Below are positions 9,688-19,929 of a stretch of 64,000 nucleotides of DNA, piece by piece. Positions within the stretch are counted from its first letter, which is position 1; the number at the start of each line of letters is the position of its first letter. Made by a program: the position numbers and the translations under genes. The DNA comes from Trueperaceae bacterium (lineage in GTDB: Bacteria; Deinococcota; Deinococci; Deinococcales; Trueperaceae), in the NCBI GenBank assembly GCA_965214405.1, contig OZ243956.1, positions 2,144,001 to 2,208,000 of the forward strand. The letters are read 5' to 3'. The notes beneath the pieces were generated by a model, which was not told the DNA's origin, did not search any database, and saw only the letters and a list, made by a program, of their open reading frames with translations.

Positions 9688-11742
9688 ATGGATAAACAAC
9701 TCAAAGCCCAACTCCCCCACACCTGGCGCGCTTTTTTCGCGGGCCACGGCTCTTTTACCGAGGTGCAGCGGCGGGCCATGCCCGTGATTCTGTCGGGGTC
9801 GGACGCGCTGGTCGCCGCCGCCACCGCCTCGGGCAAGACGGAGGCGGCGCTCGCGCCTCTTTTGGAGCGGCGTGTGTTGGGTGGAGGCGCAGGGCTGCGT
9901 TTGCTCTACCTCTGCCCGACGCGGGCGCTGGTGCGGGATTTGTACGGGCGGCTCGAGCCCCCCTTCCGCGCGCTCAACGTGTCTTTGGGCATGAAAAGCG
10001 GCGACACCGGCCCCGTCCCCACGCGCCGCCCGCCGAGCGTGCTCCTCACCACGCCCGAGTCCACCGACTCGCTCCTCACCCGCGCGCCGCGCCTTTTTGA
10101 GACGCTGGAAGCTATCATTTTGGATGAGATTCACCTTTTCGACGACGGCCCCAGAGGCGACCAGGTGCGCTGTCTATTGGAGCGCATCGAGACCATCCGC
10201 ACCTGGGGGCGTCCCGAACGCGCGCCCACGCAGCGCGTCGCGCTCTCGGCCACCGTGGACGCGCCCGGCGAGGTGGCGGCGCGTTATCTGCATGACGCGA
10301 CGGTCGTTCAGGTGGCGGGCAACCGCGCGCTTTCGGCAGAACTTTTTCCGGTCCACAGCCTAGACGACGTGGTGGCGGTCCTCGCGGCTCGAGGAACCAA
10401 AAAAACCCTCCTCTTTTGCAACACCCGCCACGAGGTCGAGGAGGTCGCCGCTTACTTGCGCCGCGCGCTTCCTTTCGAGGCCGCCGTGCTGGTGCATTAC
10501 TCGAACCTGGATACAGCGATGCGCCACGAGGTCGAGACGCGCTTCGCGGAGGCGAGCGTCGCGGTCTGCGTGAGCAGTTCGACCTTGGAGCTGGGCGTCG
10601 ACATCGGCAGCATCGACGAGGTGGCGCTGCTCGGGCCGCCCGCCAGCCTCGCGTCGTTTTTGCAGCGCGTGGGGCGCGGCGGGCGGCGGCGAGGCGAGGC
10701 GCGGGTGGTGTGCGGGGCGCGCTCGGTGCTCGAGTGGCGGCAGTTTGAAGCGCTACTCGGGATGGCGCATGGGCAGCTTCCCATACTGCCTAACGGAACC
10801 TATCACTTCAAACTCTCGGTGCTGGTACAGCAAACATTCAGCCTCCTCAAGCAGAGCCCCACGGGCGGACTCCGACTGGCCGACTTGCGCCGCAGCGTGC
10901 CGGAAGCCCTCGCGGCGTCCTTGAGCAACGACATAATCCGCCATCTGCTCGGTTACTTGAGCGCGGAGGGTTACCTCACGCCGGGGCGGCCCGGCGAGTG
11001 GCGCGCCGGGGTGGGCCTTAACGAACTCGCCGACGAGCACGAGATTTATAGCAACATCGGCGGGGAACTCTTGGCGGCGACCGTCGTGGACGCCTACAGC
11101 GGGCGGGCCATCGCGCAGACCGACCGGCCCCGCATGAAGGGCGAAACGCTCCTCATGGGCGGTCGCCCGGTCGAGGTCGTGTGGCGCGACCGGCGCACCT
11201 TTGCCGTCAAGGAGGGCGACCGCCGCATGGCGAAAGAGTCTTTGCGCCTCCACACCTCGCCGCAGGCGCTGCCGTTGGGGACCGCCCAGGGTATCGCTCT
11301 GACGCTGGGGGTCCCCCAGGGCGCCCTGCCCCTCGTCACGGCGCCTCGAGGCGTCCTGCTCTACCACTTTTGGGGCGACCTCTACGGCGAATGGCTCGCC
11401 GCGATATTGAGGGTTTACTTTTCTCCTGCCGACCCTGCTGATAATGATACAGGCGGCGCGCTCATCACGCCCCACAGCGCGCTGTCGCTCCTCCTCACCT
11501 TTTCGCTCCCCGCGCTGCCGCCGTGGGACGAAGGTGTGGCGCTGGACACACTCAAGGAGCTCGAGCCCCTCTTCGAAACCTGGCTCGAGCTGGGCCGTTT
11601 CCACCCGCTCCTGCCTCCTGATTTGGCCTTACAAAGCGTGCGGGAGGGCTGCAACTTAAAACGTTTTGAAATGCTCTACCGGAGCGCAAGAATCATTTCA
11701 CCCACACCGGAACTCCGCGCCGGGCTTACAGAACTGTTCTAA
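9688..11742 (+). CDS. Lhr-like SF2 DEXH-box helicase (BrxHI/SngC-like)
   Basis: Q motif FTEVQ, I ATASGKTE, Ia PTRAL, Ib TTPES, II DEIH, III SAT, IV LFCNTR, V STLELGVDIG, VI QRVGRGGRR; a winged-helix-like region follows; 684 aa. Confidence 0.9.
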   Translation: MDKQLKAQLPHTWRAFFAGHGSFTEVQRRAMPVILSGSDALVAAATASGKTEAALAPLLERRVLGGGAGLRLLYLCPTRALVRDLYGRLEPPFRALNVSLGMKSGDTGPVPTRRPPSVLLTTPESTDSLLTRAPRLFETLEAIILDEIHLFDDGPRGDQVRCLLERIETIRTWGRPERAPTQRVALSATVDAPGEVAARYLHDATVVQVAGNRALSAELFPVHSLDDVVAVLAARGTKKTLLFCNTRHEVEEVAAYLRRALPFEAAVLVHYSNLDTAMRHEVETRFAEASVAVCVSSSTLELGVDIGSIDEVALLGPPASLASFLQRVGRGGRRRGEARVVCGARSVLEWRQFEALLGMAHGQLPILPNGTYHFKLSVLVQQTFSLLKQSPTGGLRLADLRRSVPEALAASLSNDIIRHLLGYLSAEGYLTPGRPGEWRAGVGLNELADEHEIYSNIGGELLAATVVDAYSGRAIAQTDRPRMKGETLLMGGRPVEVVWRDRRTFAVKEGDRRMAKESLRLHTSPQALPLGTAQGIALTLGVPQGALPLVTAPRGVLLYHFWGDLYGEWLAAILRVYFSPADPADNDTGGALITPHSALSLLLTFSLPALPPWDEGVALDTLKELEPLFETWLELGRFHPLLPPDLALQSVREGCNLKRFEMLYRSARIISPTPELRAGLTELF

Positions 11743-11744
11743 AC

Positions 11745-12128
11745 TTAGTTAAGCACGCGCGTCTCGGGCAACGTCTCACCCTCCAACAGCCGCAGCCAGT
11801 ACCCGAGCGCGTAGACGCTCACGTTGAGCACGCTCTCGAGACTTTTTAAGTGCGCGTTGGTGGAGAGCGCCGAACGCGTTTCAGAGGGTAGACAAGCTCT
11901 TGACAGGATGACGAGCCGCCAGCCTTCCATTGCGACGTGGCTCGAGCGCATGATGCCCGCCTCCGCCGCCGCATAATCGCGCAGGATGTGCGCGTAGTTT
12001 TCATGCGTCGTCACCGCGTGTTTGACGGCCTCATACTCTAGGAGAAGCTTTTCTAAATGCTCGAGGTCGCAGGAGTCAACATCCTTGGCGGTTTCGCGGG
12101 TTTCACAGAGTTTTTCATGAGCTCGCAT
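11745..12128 (-). CDS. Hypothetical protein
   Basis: 127-aa ORF with TACGCT 7 nt upstream of the ATG (leaderless pattern); convergent with the helicase. Confidence 0.65.
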   Translation of the reverse strand: MRAHEKLCETRETAKDVDSCDLEHLEKLLLEYEAVKHAVTTHENYAHILRDYAAAEAGIMRSSHVAMEGWRLVILSRACLPSETRSALSTNAHLKSLESVLNVSVYALGYWLRLLEGETLPETRVLN

Positions 12129-12279
12129 GGGTCGCAGCGTAGCGACAGAGGCGTTTCACACGCGTTCCGGTAGGAAGTTAAGTCGTGGTGAGTGATTAGC
12201 GGTTAGAGCGGTGGGAGCGTTTCAGTGAAGAGGCTGTGACGGCTCGACGTAGCACTAAAGCGGGTTTGGACGTATCTCG

Positions 12280-12855
12280 TTAAAGAAGCCGCAGCGCGCC
12301 CGCCATCACAGCGCCTGTCAAACTGACAACGCTCACGCTGAGGGCTCCTACCGCGTGGGCTTTGGCGGGGGTGAGCTCGAGCGCCGCCGCGAGCGCCCTT
12401 ACCGCCCAGCCCCAGAGCCTGAGCGCGAGCGCGAAAAGCGCGGGCAGGCCGATGAGGATAAAGCAGCCCACAACCACGCCGTTCACCTCCGCAGGTACCA
12501 AGGCCGTAAACAGAGCGGCAAGGAGCGCGAGCAGCACGGTCGGGAGGAGCGAAAGAGCGAGGACCGCGCGCACGCCTCCTTGTGTGCCCCGCCCGCCAAA
12601 GGACCGCCCCAACGACCAGAGCAGCGCGCCGCCCGCGTAAAGCGCGGCGATACCCAGACCGGGACCCATCATCACGCCCAAGAGGGCCGTACCGGGACCG
12701 CCCGTACCAAAAACGGCGAGCCCGCTGAGGCCGCCGACCATAGCCGCCGCGACCGACGCGGGTTGAGGTTCGCCAACCATGCCAATATTGAGCTGGTCAA
12801 TAACCGATTCAGGGTGGGTAAGTAAGGTGCGCCAGGAGGGAGACGGAGTCATCAT
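12280..12855 (-). CDS. Yip1-family membrane protein
   Basis: 'LLTHP' N-terminus, 5 hydrophobic segments, 'LGRSFGGRGT...VRAVLALSLLP' typical of bacterial Yip1; TACGCT 7 nt upstream of the ATG. Confidence 0.75.
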   Translation of the reverse strand: MMTPSPSWRTLLTHPESVIDQLNIGMVGEPQPASVAAAMVGGLSGLAVFGTGGPGTALLGVMMGPGLGIAALYAGGALLWSLGRSFGGRGTQGGVRAVLALSLLPTVLLALLAALFTALVPAEVNGVVVGCFILIGLPALFALALRLWGWAVRALAAALELTPAKAHAVGALSVSVVSLTGAVMAGALRLL

Positions 12856-13095
12856 GCCCGTAAGCGTAGCCGCGCCGCTCTTACAAAAAACTTAATCATT
12901 CGGCCTTTAGATAAGGGTAGATAAGGAAGAAGAACTTTTAACGTTACGTTCCACTTTTCACTCGGCACTCACCACCCGGTACTTCCTTACGCGGTGCGCT
13001 CGAGCAGCATCTCGTCTGGAGACGTGACCGCGCCCACACACAAGAGGTGTTAAAAACCGCTCAGATTCTCATAGCGGCTCCGTTATACTGGCTCG

Positions 13096-14157
13096 GTGCC
13101 CCGTTTTCGCCTCTCTTCGTACCTGCTTTTAGAGACCGCCGGGCTTTTCGCGCTGGGCGTGGCGGCCTTTATTTTGCTCTTGTCCATCGATATGCTCGCG
13201 TCGTGGGCAAGTTATCTGATTAACTACAACGCCACGCCGGAGGTGGTGGGGCGGCTCATGGTTCTCTCGGTGCCGCGGTTTTTGCACCTGTCGCTGCCCA
13301 TCGCGGTGGTGTTCGCGGCGCTTTTGGCGACGGGCAGGCTCGCCAAGGATTCCGAACTCAAGGCCGCCTATTCGCTCGGCGTGCCGCCCCTGTCGCTGCT
13401 CTGGCCGCTGCTGCTGTTCGGGGTGCTGGTGAGCGGGTTCGCGGTTGTAAATAACGGTTACTTGGAGCCTCGAGGCGAGGTCGCCACGGACAATTTGGTC
13501 GCCACCTTTCTCACCCAGCGGCCTCCGACCGAGTCGCAGACTGATGTATCTTACGCGCTCGACGAGGGTATCTATTTCGCGGGCCGCATCCGCACGCAAG
13601 AGGGCGACCGGAGCCGCGCGGACTTGAGCGGGGTCACGGTCCTCGAGCCCGGTGGCGTGACCTTGAGCGCGCCCTCCGGGATTTGGGACAGCCGCGAAAG
13701 AACCTGGACTTTAGAGGGTGCCGAACGCACCACGCCGGAGGGCGCGCCGACGGTGGTGGGAACGGTGACGCTGCCCTTTAACACCGAGGGCGACGCGGGC
13801 ACGACCTTAGCCCGCTCGGCGACGCTGACGCTGAGCGAACTCTGGACGCGTTACGGCGCGGCTCGAGCCTCCGGGGGCGAAACGCGCGCGCTGCTGTTCG
13901 ACTTTCACCGCCGCCTGGCGGACGCCTCGAGCGCCTTTATCTTCGTCATCATCGCCGGGGCGCTCGGGCTGACGCTCAAAAACCGCGCGGCGGGCTTTGG
14001 CTGGACCATCGTGCTCTTGGCGCTCTTTTACTTCCTGTGGACGCTCTCCGAAAACCTGTTTTCGCAAAACGTGCTCCCGCCCCTCTCTGCCGCCTGGTTT
14101 ACGAGCGCGGTGGTCGGCCTTTTGGGTGTGGTGCTAGCCGCCATAAGGCTCAGGTGA
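13096..14157 (+). CDS. LptF/LptG family permease
   Basis: 3 TM + periplasmic domain + 3 TM; 'GRLAKDSELKAAYSLGVP' coupling helix; TATACT 6 nt upstream of the GTG. Confidence 0.9.
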   Translation: MPRFRLSSYLLLETAGLFALGVAAFILLLSIDMLASWASYLINYNATPEVVGRLMVLSVPRFLHLSLPIAVVFAALLATGRLAKDSELKAAYSLGVPPLSLLWPLLLFGVLVSGFAVVNNGYLEPRGEVATDNLVATFLTQRPPTESQTDVSYALDEGIYFAGRIRTQEGDRSRADLSGVTVLEPGGVTLSAPSGIWDSRERTWTLEGAERTTPEGAPTVVGTVTLPFNTEGDAGTTLARSATLTLSELWTRYGAARASGGETRALLFDFHRRLADASSAFIFVIIAGALGLTLKNRAAGFGWTIVLLALFYFLWTLSENLFSQNVLPPLSAAWFTSAVVGLLGVVLAAIRLR

Positions 14158-14346
14158 GGCTTGTACAGGTGAAGCCTACACAAGTTGAGGGTGCGCGGGC
14201 TCGAGCGTTTGGCGGAGAAGTGACCGGGAGACGCACTAGAGAGAGTTGGTTAAAAAAGTCTCATCCGAGTCAAAAGGAAAGTTTTCAAACACTGTGAATA
14301 GCCATGAATATCAAGTTAAACCTCAACAACAGAGCAACCCTCCCTT

Positions 14347-15429
14347 ATGACCCGACGCTTTAGCCTCTACCTCGTCCGCGAGATCGCGCCCCTCTACGCC
14401 GCCGGGTTGGCCGTCTTGGTGCTGCTGCTGCTGGGGCTTTTTTTGCAGGGCGTGTTGGCGCAGGTGCTCGCGCGCGGGGTGAGCCCGGTGCTGGTGGCGC
14501 AGTTTTTACTTTTCAAGCTGCCCGACGCGGCGGGCTACGGCGTCCCGCTGGCGCTCCTTTTTGCCGCGCTTTTGGGCCTCACCCGGCTGGGGCAAGACAG
14601 CGAAATCAAGGCGGCGCTGCTTTTGGGGCTCTCGCCCAAGGCGTTTGCCGCGCCCCTGCTGCTCTTAGGTCTCGCGGTGAGCGCGCTCTCGTTTATCAAC
14701 AACGAACTTGTGATTCCCTGGAGCGAAAATAGGGCGTTGGAGGTGCAAAAGGACATCCTCATCCAGAGTCCCGAGACGGTGCTCCAGGAGGGGAGTTTTT
14801 TTACCGACGCGCTGGGGCGGAGCGTGTATATCGAGTCGCTCGAGCGTAGCGAAGAGGGCGTCGGGGTCAATAACATTACCGTCATCCAGGCGGGGGGCTC
14901 GGCGGGCGCGCGCTACACCGCCCGCGCGGAGCGCGGCGTGCTTGACGACGCGGAAGGGGTGTTTAGGCTCGAGAACGTACGCTTTTTAAGTTTCCGCGAC
15001 AGCCGGGTGGTGCTCGACATGGTTTCGCCCTCGATGACCCTGCCCGTGCGCGGGCTCGCCGCGGGCGGCACCGAAGTGCCCGACCTCACCAAGCTGCCCC
15101 TGCGCGAGCTTCTTTCGCGCTTGCGGGCCGCTCCGCAGGGCATGGCGGCGGCGGAGTGGACCGCGCTCAACCGCAAGTTTGCCGAGCCCCTGGCGGCCAC
15201 CGCCTTTGCGCTTTTTGCGCTCGCGGTGGGTCTCTACTCGTTTCGGACGGGGGCGGGGCTGGGTTTTGTGTCGGTTTTATTCCTCACATTTTTGTACTAC
15301 GCGACCTGGAGCGTGTCGAAACTCTTGGGCGCGCAGGGGGCGGTCCCGGCCTGGGTCGCGGGCTGGGCACCCGTGGCGCTCTACGCGGGCGCGGGCGTGG
15401 TGCTCTTGGCGCTCTCCTGGAGGCGCTGA
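14347..15429 (+). CDS. LptF/LptG family permease
   Basis: Same topology; 'RLGQDSEIKAALLLGLSP' and C-terminal 'AWVAGWAP'. Confidence 0.9.
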   Translation: MTRRFSLYLVREIAPLYAAGLAVLVLLLLGLFLQGVLAQVLARGVSPVLVAQFLLFKLPDAAGYGVPLALLFAALLGLTRLGQDSEIKAALLLGLSPKAFAAPLLLLGLAVSALSFINNELVIPWSENRALEVQKDILIQSPETVLQEGSFFTDALGRSVYIESLERSEEGVGVNNITVIQAGGSAGARYTARAERGVLDDAEGVFRLENVRFLSFRDSRVVLDMVSPSMTLPVRGLAAGGTEVPDLTKLPLRELLSRLRAAPQGMAAAEWTALNRKFAEPLAATAFALFALAVGLYSFRTGAGLGFVSVLFLTFLYYATWSVSKLLGAQGAVPAWVAGWAPVALYAGAGVVLLALSWRR

Positions 15430-18400
15430 GTGCGCTTTATTTTTACCGTCCTTTTCATCCTCCTGCTGAGCCTTTTGAGTTTGAGTTTCGCCGTCCGCAT
15501 CGAAATTACGACCAACAATGACGACCCCAATACGCGGCTCGAGTTCCGCCCCATCACCCTGCCCGACGGGAGCGAGACCGAGCTTATCGTCATTCAGAGC
15601 ACACCCGTACGCGTCACGGTTGACGAGGACGTGATTACCGCCGACTATATCGAGTTCGACCGCGAGAACGGCCTGGTGCGGGTGGTGGGTCCCGGCACCT
15701 ACACCTCGGGTGAAGAGGTCTTGGAGGGCGAGGACTTCACCGTCAACTTGGATAATGAGACGTTGCAGGGTCAGGATGTGTTTATTATCACGGGCGCGAT
15801 TGATGTGGTGGGGGCGGGCGCGACGCGGCTGCCGGGGCAGATTAGCGTGACCTCGGGGGCGTTTAGTCCGTGCAGCCGTTGCGACCAGACGCGCGAGGAC
15901 TACGGGTTTCGGGCGCAGCGGCTCGAGCTCTACCCCGGCGACCGGCTCATCGCCTTTGACGTGACCGTGCTCATCCGGGAGCGCGCCGCGTTCTCGCTGC
16001 CCTTTCTCATCGTGCCTTTGGGACCCGAGGACCGGAGGCCGCGCCTCGCCATTACCCGCGGTACAAGCACCGAACGCGCCGCGGTCGCGGTCGATTGGCC
16101 CTACGTGGTGGGGGCGACCGCCTTTGGCGTGACCTCGCTGCGCTACTACGCCGACGTGACGCCGGGCGCGGGCGGTCCCTTCGCCAACGCGCTTTTGGGC
16201 GGACGCGCGCGGGTGAGCTACTTTGGCGGGGGCTTTACGCACACCTTTTTTACCCGCAGTGGGCAGGGTCAAGTTGAATTTGCCTACTTGCCCTCGTTTA
16301 TCGACAGAGACTTGGACGGGGACATCATCGGCGAGGGCAAAACGCCCGACGAGTTTACCGTGCGGTTTTCCTACGACACTTTAGAGGAAACGCTGCCCGA
16401 AATCAACGTGCTGATTGACGAGGACGACGGACGTAACCAGCGCATTATCGAATACAGCGCGAGCGCAGCCAACAGCTTTGGCGGCCTCGACGCGCGCATC
16501 CTGACGCAGGGCTTTTTCGATTTAGACCGCGAGGACGAGGTGCTGACGCCCTCCTACGCGGGGTCGGACACGCCGCTGCGAACTTACATAGAAGGAACGC
16601 TCGCCCTGGATGACGCGCTGAGTTTTAGCGTGGGGCCGTTTGTGCTGTCAAACGCGCTACTCAATATCGGCTTTTTTGAGGATTTCAGCAACCCGATCAA
16701 CCGTAGCGCCGCGCTGGACCGGACCGTGAGGGCGGCGCGGCTCTTGGAGGGTCACAGCCTCGCTCTGCAACCCCTCACGCTCTGGTCGGGTCTGGTGCTG
16801 GAAGGCAACACGGACTTTTTGGGCCGCTACTACACGACGCGCGAAAGGCTTATCGACTGGGACAGCGCGCTGACGCTGCGGCAGAGTTTTGGCGACGCCG
16901 GGGGGCTCGAGCTGAGTTTCGTCCGCAACATTTCAGAGGGCGAGACGCCTTTTTCTTTCGACCGCGTCACGCTCTTTAACGAAACCTACGCGGACGCGAC
17001 GCTCTTCTTGACGCCGCTGCCCTGGCTGAGTTTTTCCGCGAACGAGCGCTACACCTTTATCAACACCCGCCGCCGCACCGAGGTGGGTCCCGGCATTTTG
17101 AACCTGTCGTTAGAGTTTTTCGACAACCTCTCTTGGCTCGACATCACCCTGCAAGAGAGCTACAACTTTGAAGAGCGCGACCCGGGCGAGCTCACGGTGG
17201 ACGCGGTGCTGTCCGTTCCCTTTAACGACGACTTTGACGGCAGCTTAGAAGTCAACCACGTTGAAGACCTCAAATACGCGCCCGACCGCCTTTCTCCGCG
17301 GCTCAGGAATGACTCGAACACCGAGTTCAGCGCCGCTTTGGACTACCGCAACGTACTGCGGTTTGGCCTAGACGGCGGCTACACCTACGACCCCGTGCCC
17401 GTGGAGGGCGAGGTGCTGGATTACTGGATGCCGCTCGAGCTGAGCTTAGAGGCCGGTACGCTCGACCAGGAGGACGCGCTGCCCGGCGCTCGGTTCACTT
17501 TCGTCCGCGACTTGAACGAGGAGATGACGCGGGAGCTGGGGCTCGAGGCGTCAGCGCGCGTGAGCTTTCTCGAGGCCAACTTCGAGCAGCGGCTCGACTT
17601 TCTCGATGGGGAGGTCTCGAGGAGCCTCTACGGCCTCACCTGGCGCGGCGTGGCGACCTTTGAAGCGTCGGGCTTCGCGCTCTTGCCCGCGTCGCTATTC
17701 GGCTTGACCCTCGACCCGGAGGGGAGCGACACCTATATTTTCGACCTCAAAGACGCCAGCCAGCCTTCGGGCGAGGAGCTGTGGCGTCTTTCGTACCGCG
17801 TTCAGAGCGACCGCACGCCCTTTACGGGACCCCTTGGCGAGGGGCGCGTCAGGAGCCGGACGCTCCAGGCGTTCGCCGACACCGAGCCGACGACCTTAGG
17901 CGGCGTGGATTTCGGCGTCCGCTTCGTCGCCGACCTCGTGTTCCCCGACGACTTGGGCGTCACGCGCACCTACCTCAACACCTTTGGCTTGACGCTCAGC
18001 GCCGACTTCTTCGGCACCGTGGGTCTTCAAGGAGACGTGGCTTACCGCGCCACCTACAACACCGCCTTGGACGAAATTACCCAGGCGCTCCTCACCTTTG
18101 ACAACCTCGCGCTGACCGTCCGCGTCCGCGAAGACCTGTTCGTGTCCGCCGCGTTTAACGACACCTGGGACCTCACGGGGAATCTCCCCAACGCGAGCCC
18201 CTTTAACTTTCAGCCCACGCTCTACGTGATCTGGGACCGCTGCTGCTGGGCGCTCTACGGGAGCCTGGACACCGAAACGGGCGCGGTCACCCTGTCGCTA
18301 ACGACGCCGGGCGGCACCCAGGGCGTGTCCCAGGAGTTCGGCACCTTCCTCCGTCTGCCCGGACGCGCGCCCGTGACAGGGATTACAGAGACTAATGTAG

Positions 18401-18447
18401 AGGCTAATGCAGAGGCCGATGACGCACCGAAAGAGGATAATCCGTGA
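15430..18447 (+). CDS. LptD/OstA-like outer-membrane beta-barrel protein
   Basis: Signal peptide, beta-jellyroll N-domain ('ITADYIEFD', 'GAFSPCSRC', 'FRAQRLELYPGD'), beta-strand-rich remainder, C-terminal 'DRCCWA'; abuts the lptF/G genes. Confidence 0.8.
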   Translation: MRFIFTVLFILLLSLLSLSFAVRIEITTNNDDPNTRLEFRPITLPDGSETELIVIQSTPVRVTVDEDVITADYIEFDRENGLVRVVGPGTYTSGEEVLEGEDFTVNLDNETLQGQDVFIITGAIDVVGAGATRLPGQISVTSGAFSPCSRCDQTREDYGFRAQRLELYPGDRLIAFDVTVLIRERAAFSLPFLIVPLGPEDRRPRLAITRGTSTERAAVAVDWPYVVGATAFGVTSLRYYADVTPGAGGPFANALLGGRARVSYFGGGFTHTFFTRSGQGQVEFAYLPSFIDRDLDGDIIGEGKTPDEFTVRFSYDTLEETLPEINVLIDEDDGRNQRIIEYSASAANSFGGLDARILTQGFFDLDREDEVLTPSYAGSDTPLRTYIEGTLALDDALSFSVGPFVLSNALLNIGFFEDFSNPINRSAALDRTVRAARLLEGHSLALQPLTLWSGLVLEGNTDFLGRYYTTRERLIDWDSALTLRQSFGDAGGLELSFVRNISEGETPFSFDRVTLFNETYADATLFLTPLPWLSFSANERYTFINTRRRTEVGPGILNLSLEFFDNLSWLDITLQESYNFEERDPGELTVDAVLSVPFNDDFDGSLEVNHVEDLKYAPDRLSPRLRNDSNTEFSAALDYRNVLRFGLDGGYTYDPVPVEGEVLDYWMPLELSLEAGTLDQEDALPGARFTFVRDLNEEMTRELGLEASARVSFLEANFEQRLDFLDGEVSRSLYGLTWRGVATFEASGFALLPASLFGLTLDPEGSDTYIFDLKDASQPSGEELWRLSYRVQSDRTPFTGPLGEGRVRSRTLQAFADTEPTTLGGVDFGVRFVADLVFPDDLGVTRTYLNTFGLTLSADFFGTVGLQGDVAYRATYNTALDEITQALLTFDNLALTVRVREDLFVSAAFNDTWDLTGNLPNASPFNFQPTLYVIWDRCCWALYGSLDTETGAVTLSLTTPGGTQGVSQEFGTFLRLPGRAPVTGITETNVEANAEADDAPKEDNP

Positions 18448-18491
18448 GGTACAGTGATTTTATAGAAAAGGGTTTTATGAACAGGGGCACG

Positions 18492-19760
18492 ATGAAAAGA
18501 CCTACTTGGCTACTCCTCCTCGCCCTCCTGCTGGGCGGCTGCACCGGCACGCAGGAACCGAGCGTCTCCACGCTCTTGCTCGTGGGGTATGGAGACGCCG
18601 CAAGCGGAGGCGTGCTCGCGCTGGTTGAGGATTTGGGCGATATAGAACAGGGTTTCAACTTTATAGAAGATAGTGTACGCCCCCTTCCCAGTGGCCTTGC
18701 CATCGACTACGATATCATCGACCGCACCAACACTCGGCGTCAACTCGTCGTGTTGAGCCGCGACGACACCGTAGAGGGCAGCCCCGCCGCGCTCAACTTT
18801 TTCAACATCGGCAGCATCGACCCGAACGCCCCCGACGCCTTTGCCCCCGCGCCGCCCTTTGCCGCCCCCAGCTTAGGCGCGGTCTTGCCTATAAGCGCGG
18901 TGGACACCTCGGACTTTCCGGGCGGCGTGACCTTTTGCCCCACCGCCGTCGCCACGAGCACCAACGGGCGTTTTATCGCGCTTCTCAACGACCAGAGCGT
19001 GTGTAACGACGTTGCGAACGCTCGAGACGCCGTGGACGTGATCGACCTCCAGGCGACGGGCGGCCCGACGCTGATTGCCCGCGTCGACATCGCGGTGGTC
19101 TCCAGCGCCTTTTATTTGTCGCAAGGGCCAAACGACCGCGACCGCTTGTACTACTTTATTAACACCGCGGGCGGCGCAAGGTTGCAGTATCTGCTACTCG
19201 ACCCGCTCGGCCCTAACGACAACCTCTTGCCCGTCGACACGGGCGTCACCCTCGACTTGCGCGCCAACGACGTGATAAGGGACCTGGGTCCCGTCAACCT
19301 GCTTGCCAATCCGAGCGACGTCGCCCTCGTCGCGCTGCTCAACACCTCTTTTTTTCCCATCCTCGGTCTCAGCGCGACGCCCGCACCCGTCGCCACCGCC
19401 TACAACAACCGCGAACTTATTTTGGACGACTACGGAGAAACGAACCAGCTTCTCATTCTCAATAACGACCGGCTCACCGTTTTTGCGGGCGAAGAGGCGG
19501 ACGGACGGGTGACCTACGGCGAGGACAGCGTGCTCCTCAATTCCTATGTGTCCGACCCGGTAGACGGTACTGTAGAATCGTTCAACCAGTTTGCTTACAT
19601 CGTGGGTGAAGAGGGCATCGCCAAGTTCGATGTGCTCGCCGCGGATTCTACGGACAACCTCAATACGCTCATCGGCGGGGCCAGCGTGACCGAGATTACC
19701 AACCCCGTATTTATCACCTGGGTTCGCGCGGTTACCTTTGCGGACACGCCCCAACCCTGA
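18492..19760 (+). CDS. Lipoprotein of unknown function (beta-rich, possibly a propeller)
   Basis: MKRPTWLLLLALLLGG-C lipobox; directly follows the lptD-like gene. Confidence 0.75.
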   Translation: MKRPTWLLLLALLLGGCTGTQEPSVSTLLLVGYGDAASGGVLALVEDLGDIEQGFNFIEDSVRPLPSGLAIDYDIIDRTNTRRQLVVLSRDDTVEGSPAALNFFNIGSIDPNAPDAFAPAPPFAAPSLGAVLPISAVDTSDFPGGVTFCPTAVATSTNGRFIALLNDQSVCNDVANARDAVDVIDLQATGGPTLIARVDIAVVSSAFYLSQGPNDRDRLYYFINTAGGARLQYLLLDPLGPNDNLLPVDTGVTLDLRANDVIRDLGPVNLLANPSDVALVALLNTSFFPILGLSATPAPVATAYNNRELILDDYGETNQLLILNNDRLTVFAGEEADGRVTYGEDSVLLNSYVSDPVDGTVESFNQFAYIVGEEGIAKFDVLAADSTDNLNTLIGGASVTEITNPVFITWVRAVTFADTPQP

Positions 19761-19929
19761 TTTGAGTTTGCGAGACCTCGAGACGAGAGATTAAACAGGT
19801 TGCATTAACGTTAGACACAGAGTCTTAAGATTTGAAGAGACGTTGGCCTGCCAAAAAAGTAGCGCCGAGATTGTTAGAAGAACCCTCCCCTGACGACCTC
19901 GGCGCTGTTTGTCTTCTGCCTACTCTTGC

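Noticed and set aside
5798..11742. Calling the locus a BREX type 2 or Shango system outright
   Set aside because: No pglW/pglX/pglY/pglZ and no TerB-domain gene is present, and there are two ATPases. Only the ATPase and helicase families are shared.
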